Shown: piece after piece, positions 1-13,394 of the stretch
How the letters are laid out: every line of letters starts with the position of its first letter
How positions within the stretch are numbered: the first letter of the stretch is position 1
From: Eledone cirrhosa
Taxonomy: Eukaryota
Reading direction: 5' to 3'
NCBI GenBank assembly: GCA_964016885.1
Contig: OZ024741.1
Coordinates: 44,454,001 to 44,518,000, forward strand
Length of the DNA: 64,000 nucleotides
The notes under the pieces: generated by a model
What the model saw: only the letters and a program-made list of their open reading frames with translations
Databases searched by the model: none
What the model was told of the DNA's origin: nothing
Translations under genes and position numbers: made by a program

Positions 1-781
1 ACATTATGACCTTGCTGGTTTTGCAAGGAGTCATAGCGTGTTTCATAGCGAGGGCTTCTGACTTGAACAACACCGAAATGGTGCCGTAGTGTCTGCCCCT
101 CTCTATGTATTCGGTGTCTTCTCTGATGCACCTCAGCGCGACTTCGACATCTTCTTGTGGGATTAAAGCTGCCCTTTTGGTTTGTGCTGAGATGCAACTA
201 TATTGCACCGTTCTGCGCTCCACTGCCACAATAACTTCTACCGGGACAGTTAAGTTGGCCCAGGTTTTCTCTTGCTTGATGAGCTTCCATTCCTGGGCCA
301 ACTTTTCATCTTTGTTTGAGAGGTCCATGTTGAAGCATGGCCTCTTTTTTGCTGCTGCCGCAGCGAAAGTGTTCTTCTTGTTTTCCTTGGGGGTGTTGTG
401 GGCGTTGTCGTTGTTCTTGTTGGTGTTATTGTTAGCAGTGTCGCTGTTATCATTGTTGTCTTTGTTCCCACCGTTGTTCTAGGTGCAGTTGGTATTGTTG
501 CTGTTGGTGTTGTCGCTATTTGTTTTCATGTTAGTGGTGTTGATATTGTTGTTGTATTTGTTTTTTTTTGTTTTTTTGTTATCTGTATTTTCGTTGTCGC
601 TGTTACTGTCATTTTTTTCAAAGTTAGAGTTCTCATTGGTATCATTGGTGTCTTTGTTTACATTGTTTGTGGTGGTGTTTGTGTTATCAATGTGTGTTAA
701 TTTCGCTGTAGCGCTCCTCTCATTTTCCACGTCGTTGTCGCACGACAGCAGACATATCGCTGGGTGGCGTGGCTCAGCCAT
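1..781 (-). pseudogene. Degenerate ORF1 (gag-like) of a probable L1/Tx1-type LINE, running off the window start
   Basis: Minus-strand ATG at 781 gives MAEPRHPAICLL..., then an Asn/Thr-rich tract and an in-frame stop at 479-481. It resumes ...KKNTFAAAAAKKRPCFNMDL...ERRTVQY...IERGRHYGTISVLFKSEALAMKHA. The xFAxAA motif plus an RRM-like segment is typical of LINE ORF1. Clade is inferred. Confidence 0.55.
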
Positions 782-1039
782 GTTTTTTTTTCTCCGTAAA
801 TGTTTTAACATGTAAAGAAATTCAAATATTTGGGCCAAAAGGCCCAAATATTATACATTCTCCTTCACAGGACAAAGTCTAAGGGCTTATATCCCTTACA
901 CAACAAGAAATATTTAACAGCAAATAATTTTAACCGGCAAATAAAGTGACTTACCGTGAGCGAGCTAAATACGTCCGCTTAGACCAATAATAATAATAAA
1001 TGACCCAACGCACATGGTAAGCAAATGCACAAAAAAACA

Positions 1040-1333
1040 CTAAATATATAAAATATATATATATATACAGACCCATACACATATATATATATGTGTACAT
1101 ACACACACACACATACGCATACATATAAATATACAAGCACACCCCATACATATAAACACAGCACAGACACAAAAGAGTATACACATACAAATACATATAC
1201 ACGCACACATAAATGCATACAACCACATACACACATATAGTATAAACATTTCTTAAAGATAAAAACATAAATATAAAAACTATAAAGTTACATACGCACA
1301 TACGCATAAGTACGTACACACGCACGCACACAC

Positions 1334-1364
<31 letters not shown>

Positions 1365-1765
1365 TTTATATATATATATGTTAATACATATATATATGTA
1401 TACACACATATACACACACATATATATATACACGCACACATATACATGTATATATACATACATACATACACACATATACACACATATATACACACACACA
1501 CATATATATACACACATATATATATATATATATATACATACACAAAATAAAAATAAATGGAAGGAAGGGGTATTCAAATAGTAGGGCATACGACAAATAA
1601 AAAATAAAAAAGAAAAGTATAAATGTTTATAGCTGATTAAGAGCAATCAACAGTTCCTGGAGCAAATAATCAATAAAAGTAAGCATTAAAAATCTCTGTA
1701 TGTAATTATGCATATACATACAAAACCATACACACACACAACCAACTACATACAAATATATATAC

Positions 1766-1804
<39 letters not shown>

Positions 1805-2040
1805 TACATATATATGTATATATATACACACAGTAATATACACACACATAAGTACCAAGGGTTACAACACCACATAAATAAAAATACACACACAGACACA
1901 CATATAAACATACACACACATATAATATATATATACACATACATACACATATATATAAATGTATACATACATATACACATATATATATATACATACACTT
2001 ATATACATATACATACACGACAACATACATACACGTAAAA
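1040..2040. repeat. Degenerate (TA)n/(CA)n/(TACA)n microsatellite region
   Basis: Seen directly; interruptions here are C on the + strand. Confidence 0.9.
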
Positions 2041-2679
2041 TTAATACCTAAAAATCAAAAGGGTGTGGGTATGTAAAGGGTAAAGTAGATGGGAATAAGG
2101 AAAATAAATAACATAAGAAAAAGTAAAAAAATAAGAGGAGATAAGGGAGAAAGAAAAAATAAGGGTACTGAAAATGAGTTCAGAGAGTAATAAAAGTTGT
2201 AGTAGATGTAAGGCGTAAAGAGCAAAGAAGAAGTTGAAGGTGGTTAAGTCATCGTAGCAAAGAAGTTCATATATATATATATATAAAACATGAGAAGAAT
2301 GAATACTGCGTGGTTGCACATGGGTTACATATGATTAAAATAGTCCTTCATCAGTGATTTTCCAACCTTCATTGGTATTTCATCGCTTTAAAAATCATAT
2401 ATCTCCAGTTGGTGCGAGCAATAGCTAAATAAAGCTATTGGGACAAGTAAATCATGTAAAGCGAGCGAGACAAGTTAACAAACATAGAAGGATAACAACG
2501 CAAAGATAGGAAAAAACAAGCACATGGGAGACGGATCAGCTTAGGCTGTGTGGATGTCATGAGCGAGAGACAACAGACCGTGCGACGCGAGTGAGGTGTG
2601 AGTGAGAAAGGACCCCACTTCAGGTCAAACGGGAGGAAGTGAGAAGGGGAGAAGCAGAGAGTGAGTGAGTGGAAGTGCG

Positions 2680-3039
<360 letters not shown>

Positions 3040-3044
<5 letters not shown>

Positions 3045-3360
3045 TACCCCCTCGTTATCGAGTATGGCCATTGCACGATAAACCATTATTAATAATTATT
3101 AATTAATTCTATCATGCAATGCCTGTGCGTGAAGTTATTTTTAAAAGTGACGAAAGACTGTGCACTGAGCCAATCCCACTCTCTGAGCGACAGTAGCTAT
3201 AACACGAAAAGAAGAAATGATCAACTGGATACCCGATCGCGCGGTTAAACCACTGGGATTGAAGGACCCCTAGCCTTTGTCAAGGCATTCTTCTAGGAGA
3301 AGGCAACTCAGGAAACTGGGATAACTCCGATATAAAAACCTGCGGCTCAGTAGTTACCGA
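3040..3360 (+). mobile_element. RTE-like 5' UTR-derived fragment
   Basis: Shares GACCCC(T)TAGCCTTTGTCAAGGCA..TTCTAGGAGAAGG..AACTC.GATATAA.ACCTGC with 11240-11300 and 11890-11955. The RTE assignment rests on the GGAGAAGGAAAACTCTG-type motif and is an inference. Confidence 0.45.
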
Positions 3361-3363
3361 TAT

Positions 3364-3447
<84 letters not shown>

Positions 3448-3591
3448 AAACTCTACAGTCGAACGGTGATGTATTCACGGAGGAAAAGATAGGAAAAGAT
3501 AATTTTTGTTCAATCAGTTTACATTTATGAGGTTATTATTTTATTCACGTGTATATATGTTTTCATATACATCTCTCTCACTCTCTCTCTC

Positions 3592-3659
<68 letters not shown>

Positions 3660-4339
3660 CCCATACACACATACACGCGCGCGCACAATCGCATATGTAT
3701 ATATATACTCATATACATGTACTGGGTGAACCAGAATTCATGCAACATGTGGGTGAAATTTATACATAGTATTTTAATTATTTAATGTGGTCTATTTAAT
3801 TACTATATCCCTAAGGAGCGCAAATTTTATATAAGCTTATAGAAACATAATTACATTAACAAAAGCGAAAGGTGTTAGTTTACATACATCGTTATTCAAC
3901 TGTAAGCTTTCTGCATCAGATCGATCTTTATTTGATTGACAATTAGAAAGCTGCTCACAACACTTCAATACATCATTCACAGCAGAAAACATGCAGAAGT
4001 TACTCTTTAATTACATGAAATTGGAATACCACTGAACGGTGTTATTTTGTTAATTTAATTATTACAGTTTGAGAGTATGTCTATGTGTATGTCTCTATTG
4101 AAACCGGACTGTGTGTGGTGTAGTATCGCTATATTATGGTTTGAAATTATACACCAAGTTAAATAACTTGTTTAATGTGTTTGTATGTTGGAAATTTGTG
4201 TGGAGATAGTGTTAATTACTTATACGAAGTATTTCCATTCCAATATTTCATTTAATACATTTAATTCAATCAGAAACATAATCGAAAGAAAACAAGGTAG
4301 TGAAAACAGGTAGATGTATATATATGAAGATACATATCA

Positions 4340-4532
4340 TGTCAGGTTGCTCTCGAGAGCTACTGGTAACATGTAACGCAGTACAAACTGTTTCATGGTC
4401 GGGTCGTCGACAACTAAACCGGCAACCCCACCAAGCTTGCTTGGTGAGGAGGGTGATATTTCAACACCCTGCGGGTTGAAATACAAGACCCGCCAAAGGG
4501 CAGAGGAACTCTGCATAGTCAACGGCCATCCA
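4340..4532 (+). mobile_element. Structured 5' segment of the RTE-like non-autonomous repeat
   Basis: Colinear with 11683-11872 (TGTCAGGT..GCTACTGGTAACATGTA..CAGTACAA..CCCCACCAAG..CTTGGTGAGGAGGGTGA..GTCAA.GGCCATCCAAA). Confidence 0.65.
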
Positions 4533-4770
4533 AACATTTTTTTATTTTTAGGGCTGTCGTCGTATGTTCCGTGGCAAACATTGTCACCGAAGATATGTGC
4601 CGTCAGTTACAAAAGGTGAGGTTGGTCCTACACAAGCCTTCACTACTTACAACAAAACTTTGTGTTGGTAGTTCAACATCAGTTCACTCTCTCCCATTTA
4701 ACTTTTTTGGGACACTCATACGTCGGATATCGACGGGAGAGTACATCATATATATTTATATATATATATA

Positions 4771-4970
4771 CATCGTGTTTGATATAGACATGGCTTTTAC
4801 GTGACTTGATCTATTTCATTCAAAATAAATCATCAGGTAAGCCCGATGACTTCTTTTGAATGAAACAGTCATATTGGTGTAGAATCCATGTCTATATTAA
4901 ACATGATGTTTGCACTCTACTAATGTATTGAGTACGTTACCGCCTGTGGTATACCTCTAATTGAACCAGA
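4771..4970. repeat. Imperfect foldback of a PLE-like pLTR end with two HHR-like cores head-to-head
   Basis: CATCGTGTTTGATATAGACATGG..TTTCATTCAAAATAAATCATCAGG pairs with CCCGATGACTTCTTTTGAATGAAA..CCATGTCTATATTAAACATGATG, centred at about 4840. Confidence 0.6.
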
Positions 4971-6895
4971 GACACACACATACACACACATACATACACA
5001 CACATATAGATATATATATATATATATATATATGGGTGTGTGTGTGTGTCATTAAGAACGAGGATTCAGTGTTACATCATATCATATTTATTAACATATT
5101 ACATATGTTTCTCTATCGATCAGCTCGAGTCAAGATTTATTACAGATCGAACCCGACTCTGCAATCGAAAGTTCTTCACACATAAATATATATATATATA
5201 TGTGCATACAATCATACATATTATTTTATACAACCCTAATTAGCCTGGTCAAAATAATGTATTGCTTTTTTTTGGTCTCTTACTGTTCTGTTACTTTGTT
5301 TTTACAAGATATATGACATATCTGTATTAGTTTAGATTGTGTTTTATTTTTATAGGATTATAATATTTTGATCATGTAAAGAATTTATCAAAAAAGATTG
5401 TGTATAAGGCATTAATTTTCTATTGAGATTTTAAGTATTTTGTCACATAGTATTATGTTATAAGATATATTAGTAAATCAAAAGTAAAATATATAATACC
5501 ATAAGACATCTTAAGAAAATACACATTGATCGCTTTTCTATATGGAGCGCACACACATGAAATATGCATGACACTAAGAAGAAAAGACTAATGATGGAAA
5601 ATTTCCATACCACACATAAATATATATAAACTATGGTTTGTATATAAATGCTAAAGATCAGATGACGTAAATATGCTATAATATCAGTTTCATAATAACA
5701 ATTGTGTATGCACACACGCAAATATATACACGAATATATGGTATTAATTATCTGCATTTCACATATCATTGTTCTTCTGGTTAATATCAATTCATATAGT
5801 GATTTCTACGAGTGTGTGTCTATATATCTGTGTGTATGTGATTTTTACTTATATAAGCAGGTACGTGTGGACATCAGTTTTGGATGTACGTGTATGACTG
5901 TTTGGTGGAAGCACAAACGTAGCAGAGAGACAACAGGGGATGTTAGGATGGGAATGGGAGAGAAATTAAGAGCCTGCGGTTATTTGTGTTAGTTTGGAAG
6001 TGTAAGTCTTCTAAGAAAGAGAAATTAAAAACATGCGATAATATGTGGTTGCTTTAATGTGTGATGGTTCTGCATGCATGCGTATTTACTGTATGTGTGT
6101 GTATTTACTGTGTGTATTTGCGTGCAGTGTATGAGGAAGAACGATTTTTTTTAAATGAGGTGGAAAATTAAGGTCATATGACACAAAAGTTCCAAGAAAA
6201 ATAATTTCCTGTTCCCTCTACTGGGAGTAGATAGAGGATCGGTGATAGCAAATATAAAAGTCCCCCTCGAGTTACAGTTCGATGAACGGAAATAATGAGC
6301 AATAGGTGACCTGTTGTCATATCGGTTTTCCCTGAGTTCTGAAGAAAAATGGTCGGTCGGTCTCCGTACATATAAAACTACTTAAACACATTTTAAAAAC
6401 GAACATACACGTACACTAACGTGTAGAAGCAACACACTCAAATCCAGAAATCACACATGTACAAAAACATACATACTTAAACTAGAACACTTAAACTAGA
6501 AATTACACATAGGTGTTCATGCATATTCGCTATCGTTTAACCTCGCGCCTCATGTCTTTCCTTTTCTTTCTGTTGGGTTAAATTACTACCAATGAATACC
6601 AAGTACTTATTCTGCAACGTTTATGTTTCAAAATAAAGAGGTCGTAGTTATATTTGTTAATCAGTCCTTCTTTTTCTCTTTTATTTTTCTCCCTCGTTTT
6701 CTATTTATCACTCTCTCTTCTAAGTCCAAAACGTCAAACCGTTTATTGCTTTCTAGATTTTGAGGTTGTGATATCGTTGTGCATGGTAGTTATTTTACTT
6801 TTGAATACATTCTCCACATTCACCCAGGCACAACCGACTTCACCTTCTGGAATATTTACTCTTATTCTCCTTAAATACTACCTTGGGTTACACTT

Positions 6896-6964
6896 GTATG
6901 TATGTATGTATGTATGTATGTATGTATGTATGTATGTATGTATGTATGTATGTATGTATGTATG
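6896..6964. repeat. (TATG)n microsatellite at the 3' flank of the R4/Dong-like LINE
   Basis: Seen directly. Confidence 0.95.
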
Positions 6965-7192
6965 TTATTCTGGTTTTATAATTTCACAAAGTTTTACCAA
7001 TAGAGAGAGAGTCGGTTTCTAACCTAGACACAAGACTCTCTCATTGGAATCTACACAACATTAACTAGGTAGATATGTATGTATGCATGCATGTGTAGAT
7101 ATGGATGTTATTGTATGTGTGGATGTGGATGTTTTGAGTTGTATGTGTGCATGTGTATATGCTTTGTATCTGTACATGTGTATATGCAGTTA

Positions 7193-10100
7193 TTAGATGC
7201 AACATTTTTGGAATGTTTTACATATTTTTACTGTTCCATTAATGGATTGTACTTGTAGTTTCCTAACTAGTTGTGTTCTTTCTGTTCCTGTGAAGCCTAG
7301 CTTCTCAACATTTGTATTGAGGCAGTTACTAACATATCCCAGTGCCCCCAAAATCACAGGCATAAATCTGAAGGCGTAATCAGGACGGAGTATCTGCAGA
7401 TTTCTCATCAGTTCTGCATAAATATTCTCCTTTTCATTAATCTTTGATATTATATTGGCATCTGCTGGGCAGCTAATTTCCACTACTGTGCATGTTTTCT
7501 TCTCCCTGTCCCATATCATAATATCTGGTCTGTTATGCCTGCATTTTATTGGGGTTTTTACTGGAACATTCCACCAGTACTCTTTCATATTATGTACATG
7601 GATGTCTTCCACATTGTTGTAGCTTTTAATGTGTTTATTATCGGGGCTATCTTTTTTACGAACTGCATTGTACAGTGTTTTGGCCACTATATCATGCCTC
7701 ATAGGTAGATAGTACCGCGATGACATCTTTGGACAGCTGCTGATGACATGGGTGATATCCTCGATGTTAGTTCTGCAGAGTCTGCACTTGTTATCACATC
7801 TAGGTGTTTTGCCTGCATCCCTATCACTTTTGTAAAGCAGGTATTTCGTGCTAATCTCCTGTTCTTGGATTGCAAAAGCGTATCCTTCAAAGTGGGAGCC
7901 AATACAGCGGTTGTTGGTCCAAGATAGACTACTTTCCTTATCTATATTACTCTCACTCTGGAGCTTCCTGGCAACATAGTCATGCATGATTTTTTGCTGA
8001 TAGGCATGCAGTCTTTCATCCATGGATTCACTGCGATACTGCTGAGCGACATCCCTGGGTGTGAGTTTTTGATTATCACACAGGGAATATATCTCAAGGA
8101 GTTCCTTCCCAACTCTCATGATCTTATCTGTTTCATGCAGATAGACTTGCTCGAGAAGCGGGCTCCTACGCTTCGAGGTTCGTAGATGTTGTCGGAGAGA
8201 TATGATGCGACATTCAAATGTTGTCTGGACTGATGTTAGGCCTCTGCCTCCATGCTTACGTTTCAAGTAAAGGCGGTCTATGTCACTGTTGATGTGGAAG
8301 TTTCCGGTGTTGTTTAGTATTTTACGAGTTCCAACATCAACGGCTTGGATTTCGTCTATCGCCCAATTGAGTATTCCAAACGTTGGTGTTAGGACAGGCA
8401 CACCAAACACATTGTTAGCCACTGTTTTGTTTTGCGCAGAGAGTTCCGATGACCAGATTTTTATTAATCGGGTGTAGTATTCCCTGGTTACGCGTTCTTT
8501 ATTACAGATACCATTATAGGATATGTTCTCTTCTATCCCCAGGTATCTGTAGCAGTCCTCATCAGATATCGATGAAACAGTTAGACCAATGTGACAATGT
8601 TGCTAGATTGGGTTGTTGTTTTTCCCCGCTTTACAGTCATGTATGAGCATTTATCTTGGCCAAACTCCATTCCTATATCCTTTGAGAACGTTGCAACCAG
8701 GTCAAGATTTTTCTTCATCCCATCCATGTTCTTGGCATAGAGTTTCAGATCATCCACAAAGAAGTTATGGGTTAGGTTCGTATTTCTGTCCTCCTGTGAG
8801 CCAATGATGTATCCCTCACATTTCTTGAGCAGAAAAGACAAGGGGTTTAATGACAAGATGAACAATATCAGAGAGACTGTCCCCCTGAAATATACCCCTG
8901 CAATATTTTATTTCATCAGTGAAAATAGAGTCCTCCCTCTCTGTGTTTAACCTTAGCATAGTAGCCCAAGAAGAAGACAGCCTCTCTATGGCTCTGACAA
9001 TAATGTCTGGGACTTTAGCAAGTTGGAGGGCCTCTATCATCCAAGAGTGGGGAACCGAATCGAAAGCTTTCCTGTAGTACAGCCAGACTGTAGTCATATT
9101 TCTCCTAAGTTGTCGCACCTCCGACATCGCAGTTTTGTTGATTAGGAGTTGTTCAGCACATCCCCAAACCCTTTTCTTTGCAGCTGCTTGTTCAGCTGTG
9201 ATGATGTTATTATTTTCACAGTGATCTTGGAGGAATAGGTTCAGGCAGGCTGTATACATCTTATACATCAGGTTCTGGCATGCAATGGGTCGGTAGTTTT
9301 TTGCCAAGTGCGTGTTTTTGTTCTTGGGGACCAGTAACGTTTGTGCTAATGTCAACCATTCTGGTATACGTGTATCTCCCTTAAGAACTTGTTGGTAGAG
9401 GTCAGTAAGATACCTCCGATAGAATATTAGTTTTTTGTACCAGTAGCCGACAATCATGTCTCTTCCTGGTGTTTTCTTATCTTGGAGTTTTCCTATCACA
9501 GTCTCAAGAGTACCCTCACTTATTTCGTATGTTTTTGTTGTAGTGTAGGAGCAATAGTTCTTTCGGATTTCTCTTAACCACACTGCATCTTGGTTGAAAT
9601 TCTTCTTTTCACCCCATATTTTTCTCCAAAAGGAATCCATGTCTTTCTGGGATGGAGCCTCAGTGACACTTATTATTTTACCCTTCATATCTCTATAGAC
9701 TGATGTTTGGTTTCGTCTGAATCTTTTATTAAGCATTTTTCTCTCGTCTACCTCCTTCAGGTATCGGCGTTTTTTGCTAACAGCTCTCAATTCTTGTTTG
9801 AGGGTGATCAGCTTATATTGGAGAGTTCTGGTTATACTGTTACCAAACATCGTCTCTATTTTATTTTTCACTCTTTTTTGGTGAGGAGTGAGGTTTTTTT
9901 CTGTTTGTTTGCATGTAAGGAACATTGTCACATGTCCTATGTTTTTTCGTAGGTCAGCAATCTTTTTTTCTATTTTAGTTATATATGATGGTATTTTTGG
10001 TGGTGTTTTGTTCTTGTTAATATCTCTGCTATCACTAAGATAATGCTTCACTGTCATTGCTTAGGCATATAAACAGGCGTTGATTTGCCAAAATGTTGGG

Positions 10101-10949
10101 GTTTTTATCCGTCGTAATATTCATCCCCTATTTCGTCAATAACACGTAGTATTTCATTATTTGGTTTTTTATTCACCATTGTCATTTTAACACGTTCAGC
10201 AAGAGAGATATTTATACATGAGTTAATTTCTCTCTGGAAGATTTCGTTGAGGGAAATTTTCAATTGTTTATACTTTTGATTATCATTATCGATAGTATTT
10301 TCTACAACAGTCGAGGTAGACTCGGATGGTATATTCTGAGTTCAAATCCCGCCGAGGTTAACTTTGCCTTTCATCCTTACGGGGTCGATAAAATAAAGTA
10401 CCAGTAATACAGTGGTTAATTGCTGGCCTTGTGCCTAACGTAGAAACAATTATTATTATTATCGATAGTGTTTTCCCCAGCATTCGAAGTAGACTTAGAT
10501 GGTACAGGTGGTGTCAAGTTTCTTACAGGCATAGTTGTTACAAGGCGCAGTTCGACCTGGCTGCTAGGAAGTCTAGTAGCATGGCGATCTGTAGCACGTG
10601 TTGTTGATTCCATGTTTGTTGTGGGGGACTTACAATTAATAATATTTATCTTATTTTTACGTTCAACAAACGTCGCTTGTTGGCGTAATTGTTTCGCTGT
10701 GAAATAATTTAGCTCTGGGTGCATTTCCTCCCAGTATAGCTTCATTCCATTCATATAGCCAATGGAGGGATTGTTTTTTGCCATTTTATAACAATTAAAT
10801 AAATCATTATTAAGTTCGCAACTCCAAGAGAAATGCGATTTATAATTTCGGTTTCTTCTGTAGCTACAACTGAATAAAGTTTGATTACCTTCTTTGTTAT
10901 TTGTCTTCGATACTTCCTTAATTTTTTTGTTGATGTTGTGTTTAGCCAT
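7193..10949 (-). pseudogene. Disrupted single RT-RLE ORF of the R4/Dong-like element (pieces 10416-10949, 8816-10057, 8581-8865, 7193-8422)
   Basis: Colinear ORF fragments broken by stops, frameshifts and a SINE insertion. Confidence 0.85.
10333..10462 (+). mobile_element. 5'-truncated tRNA-type SINE inserted in the LINE ORF
   Basis: B-box-like GAGTTCAAATCCC, core GCCTTTCATCCTTACGGGGTCGATAAAATAAAGTACCAG (resembles the MetaSINE core), tail GGCCTTGTGCCTAA..AGAAACA(ATT)n. Confidence 0.85.
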
Positions 10950-11191
10950 GCTGTTTGTAGCAAATCCTTGTAAAATGAATTATGTATTTAGTCGGATATC
11001 TCTACGAATTCGAATAAAAGATGTCTTCAGAAGGGATAGTTAGAAGAATAACCAGTTATTCAACCTGGCTGTAGTTGTGGCATTACTGTCGGAGATAGTA
11101 TTCATCTTAAATTTAATAAATAGTCTCCCACGCCAAAATATGCGACTGATGGCGTTGACTGATATGTATGTATTATGTATGTATGTATGCA

Positions 11192-12290
11192 AAGAAGTTC
11201 TTAAGAGTCAATGGCCATCCAAAATCACCGAGAGAGATGACCCCTTAGCCTTTGTCAAGGCAGAATTCTAGGAGAAGGAAAACTCTGATATAACACCTGC
11301 AACCCTGATGGTATCCAATGATGTTGACTTGTTCTTCTTTTTGGTAAATATCATCTTGGTTAAGAGAGTGGGACTGGCTTTGTGCAGTGCCTTTGCTCAC
11401 TATAAAAGGTTCACGGCACAGGCATTGCTTTATATCTGGAGATCTCTCTGCACTTGTCGTCACATGGTACCATGGCCCCAGCACTATGTGTCAATAATTG
11501 TACCAGAGTTTTCAAGTCGCTGGCTGGACTAAGAAGTCACACTCGTTCAGCACTTCGGTAGGGGTTCGCCTACATGGATATAAAGTAGTGGCCGTACTCG
11601 AAAACGAGTTGGCAGCCACCATGTATGTATGTATGTATGTATGTATGTATGTATGTATGTATGTATGTATGTATGTATGTATGTCAGGTCACCAGTTGGT
11701 GCTACTGGTAACATGTATCCCAGTACAACCTGACTCATGGTCGGATCGTTGGCGACTAAACTGGCAGCCCCACCAAGGTTTCTTGGTGAGGAGGGTGACT
11801 TTGGACATCTTGCAGGAATAAAAACAAAACCTGTCAAAGGGCAAAGGAGCTCTTAAGAGTCAATGGCCATCCAAAATCACCGGAAGAGATGACCAATTAG
11901 CCTTTGTCAAGGCAGAATTCTAGGAGAAGGAAAACTCTGATATAACACCTGCAACTCTGATGGTATCCAATGATGTTGACTTGTTCTTCTTTTTGGTAAA
12001 TATCATCTTGGTTAAGATAGTGGGACTGGCTTTGTGCAGTGCCTTTGCTCACTATAAAAGCTTCACGGCACAGGCATTGCTTTATATCTGGAGATATCTC
12101 TGCACTTGTCGTCACATGGTACCATGGGCCCAGCACTGTGTGTCAATAATTGTTACAGGTGTAATGTTTGTACCAGAGTTTTCAAGTTGCTGGCTGGACT
12201 AAGAAGTCACACTCGTTCAGCGCATCAGTAGGGGATCTCCTACATGGATATAAAGTAGTAGCCGTACTCGAAAACGAGTTGGCAGCCACC
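11192..12290 (+). mobile_element. Two tandem copies of a ~610 bp RTE-like non-autonomous element, each ending in a (ATGT)n tail
   Basis: 11192-11620 is highly similar to about 11845-12290. Both end GAGTTGGCAGCCACC followed by ATGT repeats, and copy 2 has an extra 5' part at 11683-11845. Confidence 0.75.
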
Positions 12291-12825
12291 ATGTATGTAT
12301 ATATGTATGTATGTATGTATGTACGTCCGTACGTACGCATCCATGTATGTATGTATGTATATATCTATGTATGTATGCATGTATGCATGTATGAATACAT
12401 TTATGTATGTATATAAGTGAACGTGAATGTGTGTGTGTGTGTTTCAGTCAGTATGTATGTAAATTATATAGCTCTCCTTCATGTACACCTTGCTCCCAGC
12501 TACAAGTTATATATTTGCCACCCTCTTTTCCTCGAACTAAACGGAAATCTGTACACTGGTGACATGTGTGTAGTCGTAAATAACGCTGAAGATTATCAGC
12601 TGCCCACGGATCTGCTCACGTGACCAGGCAGCCATATTTAGGGATTGACCTAAACAGAGGATGTCTCAATAAAAGGAGGTATAAACACTGAACACTCATT
12701 TAAAATTAACCCGATCGGAGTACCACACTCAGTAAAGTCTCCATTATCTTGGTAGCTCTTGCGTTATGCCATAGATATCGCTAAACGGTCAGAGACATGG
12801 ACGGTCTGGCAGTGTTAAGATATTT

Positions 12826-12900
12826 ATACGAGGATACGGCAGAAACATTCATACTGACCAAGATACGCTCATGGAATGACCAAATGATGTTTATTTTTCA
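12826..12900 (+). mobile_element. Tc1/mariner-type terminal fragment
   Basis: TATACGAGG start. ACCAAGATACGCTCATGGAATGACCAAATGA matches the reverse complement of 60596-60646. Confidence 0.45.
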
Positions 12901-13394
12901 AAAAAATGCCTGGAAATAAACAGTAGAATTATTAATAAGAAGATCTGAAATTAATGCACACAAGATTTCACAGTTTTAGCATCAATCCTTTATAATCACC
13001 TTATCAAATGTTCAGCCCACCCCGGAAATCGTGAGCTTCTCTGTGCATGTATCTCACCTGTGGTGCTTCAATCTTTGGCAGATATTTAGAGAAGTACACA
13101 CACATTCGAATGTACTGTGGCAGTTTTAGGCTTCTTAATCAATATAATAAAAACTGATATCCTGTATCAGCAAGAACTTATAGTGCCAGAAAATGTCGAT
13201 TCAAAGATGAGAATGTCATACTTCAAAAGGAACTCGGCAGACGAAAAATTGGTGTAAGCAGAAAGCGACTGCAATACAATCACTTTTTGATTCCCATTAT
13301 GTGAACAACTTTAATACCAGATTTAGAGAGGTTTACGCCTCCTCTGTCTAAGTGTTAGTGCAACAATAAAGAGTAATATTGTTCACACCTCTAC

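Larger units (their letters stand above)
6965..11161 (-). mobile_element. Near full-length R4/Dong-like non-LTR retrotransposon (RT plus restriction-like endonuclease), decayed
   Basis: N-terminus WSCELNNDLFNCY..GYMNGMKLYWEEMHPEL..KQLRQQA. RT motifs KTPGRD, NYRPIACQN, YRKAFDSVPH, RGIFQGDSLS, HNFFVDDLKLY. C-terminal CRLC..EDITHVISSC zinc knuckle, RHD and RPDIMIW..VVEISCP RLE motifs. Flanked on both sides by TATG repeats. Confidence 0.88.

Noticed and set aside
2300-2410. CTGATGA on the minus strand near 2348-2354
   Set aside because: No downstream helix II, GAAA and NUH with a matching helix I.
11615-11623. Perfect Kozak-like GCCACCATG (also at 12285)
   Set aside because: It is the junction of the repeat end with its (ATGT)n tail, and the downstream frame is microsatellite.
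11725-11800. Twister-like GAGGAGGG in the RTE-like leader
   Set aside because: I could not place the UAA cleavage loop or the P4 loop with CCC and GC pseudoknot partners; kept only as an unclassified structure.
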